A stretch of 64,000 bases of DNA, taken from positions 22,134,001-22,198,000 of the forward strand of contig CM060731.1 of the NCBI GenBank assembly GCA_030704615.1, read 5' to 3'. Positions 12,801-23,507 of this stretch are shown here, piece after piece; position 1 is the first letter of the stretch; every line of letters begins with the position of its first letter. The notes under the pieces were generated by a model. It did no database searches. It saw only the letters and a list, made by a program, of their open reading frames with translations, and was not told the origin of the DNA. The position numbers and the translations under genes are program-made. Source of the stretch: Takakia lepidozioides. Lineage: Eukaryota; Plantae; Bryophyta.

Positions 12801-15552
12801 TCCGTGACGCCTTACTCACAGTAATAAGCAATATGAGTTAAGACTATATTCAGAGATGAATCAATATAATAAAAGGAAATACACTCGCGTAGGAACGTTT
12901 CAGAGAAGTAGAATAGAAATGGAATTACTGTTTGTTCTGGAACATGTCATGTGAAGATTGAGTCTAATTATATAAGGCTCCACTGTACAGTGGAGGTTGG
13001 ATGAGATACAGATGAAAAAAGTCGGACGGATGAATACTAGTGGATGAATATGGTTACGTGGATGAATAATTGTAATGACGGATGAATGTGAGCATTGACG
13101 CGACTGTCCAATGGAGGTCCACGACTTGAGGGATGACAAAATATAGAAATTGGAGAGATGGACAAATACAGCGAAAGGTGAGTATTGGATTGTAATTTCT
13201 AAACATGCAGATGAGAAATAAGTAGATTTTCCTGTAGACTATCGAAAACACACAGATGTCATAACATTTTCTACGGGAGAAAATGCAGTTCACACGAGAG
13301 ATTATGGAAATTCCGAGAGGTACACCTGCGATGGCCACAGAGGTGCAGGATGCTCAGAGAGGTGTATTATGGGCAGTGAGGTGGGAGATGACTAGAGAGA
13401 TGCGGGAAACACAATCTGCAAGTGAGAGGTATGGAAATAGAAGTTTGAACAGTTTGCACTCAGACCTTATATAGAGGTGGAAACCAGGTTGCCCGCTGGA
13501 ACTCCTCCAATTGGGATAGTGCGATACATTGTCTCGTGGATCGATTTCCGGCGCCATTGATATCCGATATGGCCACAATCGAACGGTTCTGGATGGTGCA
13601 GGAGTGCACTCTTTGATCGATTTCGGAAACCTTTACTGGTAGAACCCTATGTAACAATTATGATGCCAGAACGATAACGGTGGTTCAATGGTTTCGTACT
13701 CGTGCTTATAAAGCAATACATATTTCGCATTCAATGTTGTCAAAGTGGATCAAGGCCTGACGCCGTTGATAAGCGTTTCATGAAATCGTGCAGCTATGAC
13801 ACTCGGCCAAGAATGCGGCGGGCGTAAATGAATGACAGAGGAAATATTCCAAGTCTTAATCCGCCGAATGTAGACATGGTCAGGAGCAATAATTCCAAAC
13901 GGCAAAACTCCGCCGGAGGATCTGACTTGTACATTTCATTTATCGTCATGTGTGGGGTGTGGGAAATATCCCGCGGGGTTATAATTGATGATCATATGCA
14001 AGGGATCATTAACGTCATATTTTCTCGTTCATTCATCTGTTTTTTCATTTCATCTAATCATTCGTAAAATGGATGGACAAAATGGAAAGGATGAATTGGA
14101 TGATATTTGCATGGATGTTGGATGGAACACGCGCGACCGTTCGATTTCGAAAGGACGCGATGGTTCAGATCCTTTGCGACGGCACCATATAAGGGGTGTG
14201 GTCGTTCAGCCCACCCTTTCGGCACTCCATTGTGTACGCGGAAGCGCTGCGGAAGTGCTAAGACTGACTAGAGCTAGAAAAGAGAGAGTTTGAAGAGGGG
14301 AGAGCATGTTGTGCAGGGTGCTGTGAGAGCGGAGAGAAGAGAGCGTGCAGTTTAGTGCAGCGTGAGAGTGCAGTGGAGGAAAGCAAGCAGACAGCGGATT
14401 CAAGTGCAGACAGGAAACGGGAGGGAAGCACAGCGTAAGGGAGAGAGGAGCGGAGCGGTGGAAGCTTAAGGGTCAGGCGTTTCAGGTCAGCAACAGGGGC
14501 ACCGAAATGGCTCAGGCATCCAGCAGGTAATGTTCTCGTTTACAGTTTCTATCTGGTTTGATGTCATTCTCTCTTGCTCGCTCTGACTTGTTTGATATGT
14601 TGTTGATGTTGTTATGCTGTTTCAGTTGTTCAATTTGTTGATTTGCTTTTCTTTTTGTTTTGCTGTTGCTTTTGTTGGTCAGCATCGCCCACGTCGCTGT
14701 TGGTTTGCTTCTATTTCCTCACTCGCTTTCGTTCCAGAGGTTATAGAGCACCATTTGTTTCTTGCATATTACGTTTCGTGAGTGTGCTGTCTTGTCTGAT
14801 GCGAAGCATCTCATTTCAATTCATTGGTTCCAAAGCTGTTTCAATTAGTTTGAATTGATTAAAGTTGTGTAGGTGTTTCAATGCATTGTTGCTTCTCTGC
14901 TGGTGGTTTGTATGGTGGTTGGTATGGGTAGTTTGTGGTCCTGGTTTACTGGTGCTGCTGGATTATTAGGGTTATGGATTAGGGTTATGGCGGGTTAGGA
15001 TCATGGTTTTTTGCGATTGGTGTTTCGAATTTCCGATATTTGAAAACGGGTTTTTCTTCGGGCCTAGGCTACTCTAGTAGACTAGTCTCCGGAGACCACT
15101 AGACCTCTAGTAGACCTCCATAAACTCCGGCAGGACAAACCACACGAATCTCGCCTGCCCAGTGGAGGTTCCTGCGTGCTACTATGCCAAGGCACAACAT
15201 AAGGATGTTTTGAGATAGACTTATGTTGGTGCCTCCCCTGCGTTGATTTTTTGTTCTGTCAGTATAAAAAGAAGATGCGTAGGAGTGCACACGGTGGCCA
15301 AAGATGGTTTTGAGACCGTCGTCGACATCTGTAAGAGGCCAAGGAGACAGAATCCAGTAAACATCAACGAAGCAGAAAACCAAGACGCATCACTGGTTGT
15401 ATCGAAAACAAAAACCTTCAAGAAGAGATCTGAGAATCAAACATCAGATGTGGGCTCTGACGTGCGAACCTTCATAAATCCGGGCACTGACAAATCAATG
15501 TTCGAGGGAGTTATTCAACGGAAGACAATGGAGGAAACAGAGGAAGAGAAAG

Positions 15553-15834
15553 ATGAAAGTGATGAGTGCAATCTTCAGTCTGATTCAGATAATGACAGTC
15601 CTTCCGTCCTCTCCCGGATACAGTCCTGACTCTCCTAAGTATCCAGTATCTGTCCTTGTAATTTCTCCAGAATATGACTCCAAACATCCAGTTTATTTGA
15701 TTCCCGCAAACCCCGAGAAGCCTATGGAGGTCGCCGCTGATTCTCCAGAATACATCTCTGGAGATTCTCCGACATATACCCCTAGAGAGTACTCCCCTGA
15801 AACCCGCAGGATGATTCGAGAGAGCCTCTTGTAG
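15553..15834 (+). other. Short ORF with RNA Pol II CTD-like YSPxSP repeats
   Basis: Translation includes SSPGYSPDSPKY, ISPEY and DSPEYISGDSPTYTPREYSPET. Confidence 0.35.
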
Positions 15835-16574
15835 TTATTGTAGATATAAGAAAATAAAAAGATGAACCTCATCTTACAAAAGAATATCGAGTTCTTGTAG
15901 ATATTAGGTATTCGTTATTCGAACAATTTTGAGACCGCATGATGTATGGAATGGCGAGACGAGCCTTCTTTGAATAAATGTTTTTTCTTCTTATAAGTGA
16001 AATACCTTTTTCCTCCTGAATTGAATTCTTTTATCTGTCAGCTATGAGCGTGTGAAGTGGTGAACCTCCACTGGACAGTGGAGGTTACTGTCCTGGGAGT
16101 TTTGTATGGTTGTTATGATATGTGTCTGACGACAGAGGTGGTTTGTTCTGTGGACAACAACATCACCCCCAGGGATTGTATTGTTAGAATGTGCAAACCT
16201 ATCTGTGGTTCATTTGTTTCTCGAAAATCTCCGAATTTCAAGAATGATCACCTGGCAATCTTTGAGCTGAACTCGGAGATCTTAGAATGGGGCATTGTAC
16301 CCATTGGAACACCTCCGGACCATAAGTTCCGGTTCCACTACAAGATTGGTACAGAGGTCGTCGAGCTCAAATATGCAGATGTGGTCGACGTAGAGCTGGA
16401 GATGGAGGTGGAATTTCCGATGCTGGTAATGTTCATGATGGAAGATGGTAGATTTCCCAGAACGTTTGGCTTCAAACTGGAGGTACGAATTCTAAGGAAG
16501 GCCATGATAAGAGAGTCCATTCGGGCGGGTTCACAATACTGCGACGAGGGTACTCAATTTACAGATGAAGGTTT

Positions 16575-19500
16575 TTGCATGGCTTGGTTTTCTTGGATGT
16601 GCTTTACTTAAAGGGTAAGGAGATTGCAAAGACGCGGGAGGAGGAGGCTGCGAGAGCGCGGCCAAAGAAGGGAAAACGGAAATCCATTGACGCCGGTGGT
16701 GATGAGAATGAAGCAGCAGGGGGAAAGAAGAAACAAAAGGAAGAGATGGATCCCGCTTTCATGACAGATAACAAGAAACCCAAGGCTGCAGACATATTTG
16801 ACAAAGAGAAGTGTGAAAAGATGCAGGAGAGGCTGGAGCAAGACTACAAGGACATGTTTCCGTTTGGGTTTGAGGCGACCCAGGACGTCAAAGTTTCCAT
16901 GATGGAGCTTGTTCCCATGGATATGGTGTACAGGCCCCTAAATGTGAAGCACAAAGACGAAGTCAAAGCGCATCTTTACCAGCTCCGGGTGTTCGACTCC
17001 AAACATCCAGTTTATTTGATTCCCGCAAACCCCGAGAAGCCTATGGAGGTTTCTAGTTCGAAACCTCGAAACTGGGAGGAGGTGGAAAATTCCAGATTCT
17101 TCATCATCGGTGGACAACACACGATCATTGCTGTCAAGGTATATTTCTCAACAAATTCCAAGTTTTGTAACAACATGAACCTCCACTGGACAGTGGAGGT
17201 TCGTAAACTTTAAACAACATGCTTGTTAGGTCGATATCATTTATGACCTTATTCAATTCTGTCGCAGGAACTTGTGCAAGACGTGGACGATGACAATATT
17301 AAGAAGTACTACACTGATTGGCCCTCAAAGATTATATGGTCAAAGGATCTGATGAGGCTCGTGAAGCTATCTAAGCTCCCGAATAAGGCGTAGAAATTTG
17401 ACACAACATTTCCCGAGAAAGTTGCACATGCCCAAAAATTCTTCGAGCTGAGGGGGAGGCCGAAAAAGTACAACGATCACACAATGAAGTCGGAGACTAG
17501 ACAATGGAAGGTAAATGATTCATTGTGTTTTCTATTCCATTTGCTAGAGAACCAAAATATTTTCAAGCTCGGAATTAATGTGACGAACAGAGACCGCATT
17601 ACGAAGCAGGAGACACTACAAATATAGCTTCATAAGGGAGGTGCTACAATGAACGAGCGGGATGGTTCAGCATTCGGAAATTCGACATGATGGGGTCTTT
17701 TGTGTGTCTTGTTTGTAATGAGGTGCTTGTCCAGCTCTTCTTTTCCCAATCTATTTATGTTCTCCACCTGTAACAGTTCCCCAAATGTGCCGCAAAAATA
17801 CTTGAAATATCATATGATCATGAAAATGTGATGTTGCGAAGAACGCTTCCAAAAGTTTTCATGGTCATTGGGTTTTTCAAGGATTTTCTAGGCACACTAT
17901 TGGAACTGTTCCTGGTGGAGAACATGAACAGATTGGACAAATTTGACTTGGGAGGAGCACCGCATTCCGAAGTAGGAGACACTACAGAAAGAACTTCAAA
18001 TTACAAGGCACAACAAGATGGACGGAGATGAATTGGCAATTGAAACATCATTTGGAGTATAGTATAATTGACATGATAGTTGTGACTATTGTTTCATCTC
18101 AAAAATTAATATCAGATATCGAATGAAATGTCTAACTTTGGCCCTGATTATTTTCGCAGGAATTTATGCAAGCATGTCAACTCATACTGGAGATGAGTAG
18201 CGTGAAGGAGGCCGGTTCTGGTTCTCTGTGACGAAGACGTATGGAACGTGTGGGAGGAGGTGTTCAAACAGTGGAAACAAGGAAAGCTTATTGATATTTT
18301 CGGGATCCAGTGCAAGGGTGAACAGCTACCGCTGAATAAAACCGCTATCGCAAAACTGCGAGGACTTAATAGCAGGCAGTTGAAAAGAGTGGCGGAGAAA
18401 ATCCTGAACAGAGACATTTGCATTCGGGGAACGAAATTCAAGGGCGCGGACAAATCCAAAAACACAATGAGCGCATATATTGACCAAATGAAATTGCGAC
18501 GGTTTATTATCGACGATGTAATGCAAGTCTTAGGGTGGCCTCGGAGGAGCAAACAGAACCCGGAACCGTATACCAAACAGGAGTGGCGTGATGTGAAAAA
18601 AAAAATATAACTTCAACAAAGCTGAGTTTGAAACTTTTCGAGATCGGCTCAGGAACGACTACATTGTAAGCAAACAGAAGATGAATATGGAGACGCAGCC
18701 AATGACTGCTGCCTTCAAGAAGTATGTCTTGTCATGCAAGCAGACCTTCGAGGATAACCAGAATGCCCTGGCGATTCTACGTACGAGCTTCAGGTCCCAT
18801 TACACACAGCTGGGGGGAAACCAAAAATTTGCTGATGCCAGATCACGGTTGGGACTTGCACCGAAGAAACGGTTCGACGACATATCGATGGTGTTCGTCA
18901 ATACAGTTTGTGATGATGACTCTGTTGTCTTCGAGGCAAATGACTACTCCAATATCCTGGATGCTTTTGTGGCTCGGAAGCTCATGTCCAGTGCTTTTGT
19001 GTTTTTCTCGACACAAGAATCATCGGGAAATCAGCTTGTGTCATACATCCGGAATGGCCCTGGATCAAAATCGTTTATTATCCGACAGGGTTATTACATT
19101 CCCGGCGAGTTTGAATCACCTTACAAGAGTTGCACGACTATATTTTCCCGGACTGTCCTCTGCCTCGACTACGTATTTCCAGCAACAGCTGAGGAGATGG
19201 TGAATCCGGACGATCACATTCAAACTGTTTTGTTAACGCCGGACCCAATTAATCCCGTTATACAATGAGCAGATGTAGATCCGACCTTGCAGGAGAAGGA
19301 GTGCAGGACTTACACTCATGAGTTGAGGGCGGACACCTACGATTACCTGGTGTCTTTTTTTTGCAGGGACGGGATGTCTTGTGTGAACATTTTCGGAGGA
19401 ATGGCAATGACATACGTTCTGCTTGTAAATGGATTCTGCTTCGTTTTGGAATTGTCTGTGTTTTCAGTTTGCCGGATTTAACTCTCGTGTTTTTTCTACG

Positions 19501-20343
19501 TTGTCGAAATAGGTGTTTAACCTGTGTCTGAATGTTTCCATTTTGTTAACCTCCACTGGCAGTGGAGGTTCATGTTGGAGTTTGGGTGTTTGGGTGTTTG
19601 TTTGTTTCGGGAGTTTGGTATGTTTGCTAGTTGTCTCAAAAGAAAGCCTAACCCTTTCAATCTTTTGATGGTTGCAGTTCGTCGGATTTATTTTGATTTC
19701 ATTGTTTGGTTTCATTGTAGGAAAGAAATATTCGTGTGTGCTTGACATAAACTATGTAACGAAAAAGAAATTTTGTAGAAGCAAGGTGGAGGCTTATTTC
19801 GAGACGCTCCAGATTGACAATCAGACTATCGCAGAAGACGGAGATGACGGAGACTCGCTGCAGGATGACGAAGTGGACGAAGAAGATAATGACAAAGGAC
19901 ACGACAAGGATCAGGACGAGGAAATGGAGGAGAAACAAGAAGAGGAGGAGGAGGAGAAAGACGAAGATGAGAATTTGGAAATCGTCACCGGAGACCAGGG
20001 GCGAATGCGACTAATGTGGGAACGGGAAAGAGAGGGCCAGGAAATTTCCCGGTTGGATAAACTAGGTAGTCCTCCAAATACCCAAGAACGCGTTGCGCCA
20101 GACAATGTACACAATCTGGACAGATCTTCCTCCAGTTTCGATAACACCACGAATAAGAATCTGGCTTCTCCAGGGGGACAAGAAGCGACATCGACGGAGT
20201 TAGTTGAAACCCTCGGTCAAGGGTTCACACCTGTGGAATGTGACGAGCCATTGATTATGTCACCGGATCCCGTTAACAATCGTCGTGAGCTGGTGTCCCA
20301 GAATGTCACCAGGGAAGTGGTTCTGGATGTAGGTAACGAATGA
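16575..20343 (+). pseudogene. ParB/Srx-like domain plus degenerate beta-class DNA amino-methyltransferase-like domain plus acidic tail (spliced gene 1)
   Basis: ParB-like RPLNVKH...FFIIGGQHTIIAVK ends at a GT donor (17139). C-terminal HELRADTYDYLVSFFCRDGMSCVNIFGG resembles the K..LL..LI...S.xGDxVLDPFxG (motif X/I) region. Stops at ~17391 and 19266, frameshift at the A-run near 18600. A possible first exon lies at 14507-14526. Confidence 0.55.
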
Positions 20344-21261
20344 CAATTAGTGAATTTTTATTCGTACACACTTCTGAATACAATATGACAATATTGTAAT
20401 TATACATACTTGTGAGTGGGCATAATCCGAATGTTTTTTCCATATCCTTTGTTCTAGACTTCTGAATAAAACATATTTCCACCCGGATACATATTTCCGT
20501 TCGCACACCTTTGTGGACAACCACTAACCGATTTGGATAACTTCTCTTGTAGATCCAAGAATCCCATTCGGAGGAAATGACACACACAAGAAAAGGCTCA
20601 AAGGAGACTCAAACGGTGAAGAGACACGTGGATCTGACAGTGAGGGCCAGGTCACCTGAGCCGGTTCTGCAAGTAACCTCCACTGTCCAGTCGACGTTGC
20701 CATCTGCAGGGAATGAGTCGGAGAATCCTCCTACTCGCGGGGAGGGAGAAGAGACAGAGCACCACAAACACGTAATCCAACAACAGATCCCGATTCGGGT
20801 AAAACATTCACTTTATTCTTATTACTCTTATTATTGGTCTTTCAGTCTCATCTTCGGTATTGCTCGATTCGGTAATTTTGTCGGATCAGTTTAGAGCACC
20901 ATAATTCTCATCCGTGGGATTCTTTAATTTCCTGTAGATTCGTGAGACGACGTCTGAGGATATCAAACACACAAGGACCAACTCCAACGACACTGAGACG
21001 GTGAAGAGAAGAGTGGATCGGACAATCACTGTCACTCCGGTCATACAAGTAACCTCCACTGGACAGTCGAGGTTTCCATCTGGTGCCACAGAGAAGGACG
21101 ATAACGTTTGCCGTAGAGATGGGAAAGAGGAGGAGCAGCCTGCCCAGGGATCTCAGCAGCCGCCCCAAAAAATGGTAATGCTTTCAACTCCATTTTTCCG
21201 TTTGTCTACTTTGGGATTTCTGAAATTGAAATTAATAATCAACTCTTCTGTTATTCCACAG

Positions 21262-22000
21262 GACAACATACATTACCCTCCAGTCGACTATTCCCTTTCT
21301 GTCAATCCAATTGCATTCCCTTCCTTGGGGACCGAACGGGTGCCGGCCAGGATACTACGTCATGGTTCTGGACATCGGTTACCTTTGTGAGGTTTTCCTA
21401 AAGGATGGAAAGAAAACACCTCCTGCCACCCAGCCTTGTGTCTCCGCAGGGAAATTCAAGTTAGCTACGCGAAACGGTCTTGACGAATTCGTTAAGTGGG
21501 CCGTCAAAAAGTTTGCCGTTTGTTTTTGGAACACTGGACCTGAAATGAACGTCGAGACTATCGCCAAGGCCGTGTTCGGGAAGTACTATTCCCAGGTCAA
21601 AACTTACAGCAGTGAGAATTCCGTCATGCATAAATTGACATTCAACGAAAGCCTAAAGCCTAAAGCCTAAAGCTCCCAAAAATCCCATCTACTTTAAACG
21701 TCTTTACGACATTTTCGCTGAGGAAGACCCGACAGCTTACAAATCCAATACTCTCCTCATCGACACTGTAGACAATATGTACAAGTCCTACTTGAACCCG
21801 TTAGGACATACCATCTTCTTTCCAAAATATAAGGCGTGTGTGAACCCTAGAGATAAATTTCTACTGGAAAAGCTCAAGCCTCACCTTAACATGTTCCGGT
21901 TATCGGGGATGGATTGTCATTCAACGAGCTACATCCTTTCGGCGTTACGAAGGATTTCTTCGAGGATGACCCAGCGGTCAAATTTCTTAGAGACTTTGAT
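21262..22000 (+). pseudogene. FCP1/NIF-like HAD phosphatase domain, copy 1
   Basis: MVLDIGYL...ATRNGLDEFVKWAVKKFAVCFWNTG...NTLLID...KSYLNP, with frameshifts. Confidence 0.6.
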
Positions 22001-22189
22001 TATAGGTGGCAGAAGTTCCTTAGCAATCACGAGTTGCGTGCCGCTGCATTGGGACATAAAAAAATTTAATCGAGTTTGGTGAACCTCAGTTGTCCAGTGG
22101 ACGTTCTGGTTCACTTGACTGGTGTCGGTTTTTCCAATGCATTGTACTGTTCCATTTTATCATCCTAAGTATGAATGACTCTCTGACAG

Positions 22190-22759
22190 ATTGGAGCACA
22201 TGTTTCTCCTCCTGCGCAAGGGTTGCGTTTGATTATTTTTGACGTGAATGGAGTCTTGTGCAAAATCTTGAAGCACCAGAAGAGCTACAATGTCCCCCGG
22301 TTTTCAGAATCGGACTACAAAATTCCAGCTCTTGTCGGATTCCGCCTTGTCTTAAGACGGGAGAAATATTACGAAGTGTAGACAGAGTTGCACAAACACT
22401 TCCGGTTAGGGATTTGGAGTTCTATGATGTACAAGAACTTGCAGCCCATCTTGGATTTTTTGCTTCGTGGTCTACCTCAACCGGCCTTCGTTATGTCTCA
22501 AGAGGATTGTATTTCATGTCCTACTTCGGGTCACCCTCAATTCAAATCAGGATTGGACCCTCCTCATTTGTTTTTGAAGCCACTGGTCAAGGTCTGGCAG
22601 AGATTTGGTGGTCAATACACCAAGAGTAACACTCTGCTCATTGACGACACCGCCATGAAGTGTGTATTGAACCCGCCCGACTCATGTCTTGTTCTCAAAC
22701 CGTTCCAGACCGTGGAGACTGGGGTATTTGCAGGATTGGGTGTCTCAGTTTTTACGTAA
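22190..22759 (+). pseudogene. FCP1/NIF-like HAD phosphatase domain, copy 2
   Basis: LIIFDVNGVLC (from 22229), FRLGIWSSMM, FVMSQEDC, LFLKPLVKVW and NTLLIDDTAMKCVLNP are hallmark motifs of plant/fungal FCP1-homology proteins. Confidence 0.75.
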
Positions 22760-23029
22760 CATGACAATTTCTGCAGTGACCTCCATACATGGTTTTACCT
22801 ATATTTGTTCAACAACTCAATATTTCATCTAAATTTATATGGTGTAGGGTTTCTAACTACAATAGGTATGTGTACCAATTGTTAGATTGAAAAAACAATC
22901 ATGTACCAGAGAGCCATAGACTTTTAAAGTTGATTATTGTGGACTTTAGATATGGGGGATGTTAAACTGTGAGCGGCTTATGTGAGCAGAAAGATTCGTG
23001 AGCGTGAAGATACCAATCCGTGAGCAAAA

Positions 23030-23435
23030 AGATTCTCATGGATGAGGATGAATATTACCGCAAGGGCCTGTAACCGGGGATGGAAAAACTATGCGGGACC
23101 TGTGTCCGTGGGAAAGTCTGCACACAATGCGGCAGTAGTTTGCAACAATGTAGAAGAGACAATGGCAGCAAGCGGATGGAATGCGGATGAATGATGAATG
23201 GGTGGATGTTGGATGAATAATGGATGAAAGTTGATGGATGATAAATGAAGTAGATGGATGAAATTTTGGTGGATGGTGTGAGTTTGATGAATGAATGTTG
23301 GATGAATTTTGGATGTTCAGGGATGCAATCCGGCACATTGATGGATTAATGCATGCTCATATCATTGGATGAATGTTTGAAAAGAATGTGGATGTTGAGA
23401 TTCTCTATTGTTGACGTCTGTAGGATGGATGAACG
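23030..23435 (+). repeat. GGATGAA/TGGATG-rich low-complexity repeat
   Basis: Dense GGATGAA and GATGAAT units. Similar shorter tracts lie at 13000-13140 and 14060-14130. Confidence 0.7.
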
Positions 23436-23507
23436 GGCACAGGCATTATTGAAACCATAGAAGTCGATATTGCTTCATTATCCATAGAAAGTCCGAAAAT
23501 TTATGAG

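Larger units (their letters stand above)
9243..22106. repeat. Dispersed palindrome family A: (G)AACCTCCACTG-NN-CAGTGGAGGTT(C), 12 copies
   Basis: Copies at 9243-9266, 11323-11348, 12758-12783, 12974-12999, ~13096-13120, 15146-15171, 16062-16087, 17177-17202, 19548-19570, 20675-20698, 21051-21074 and 22081-22106. Confidence 0.9.
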
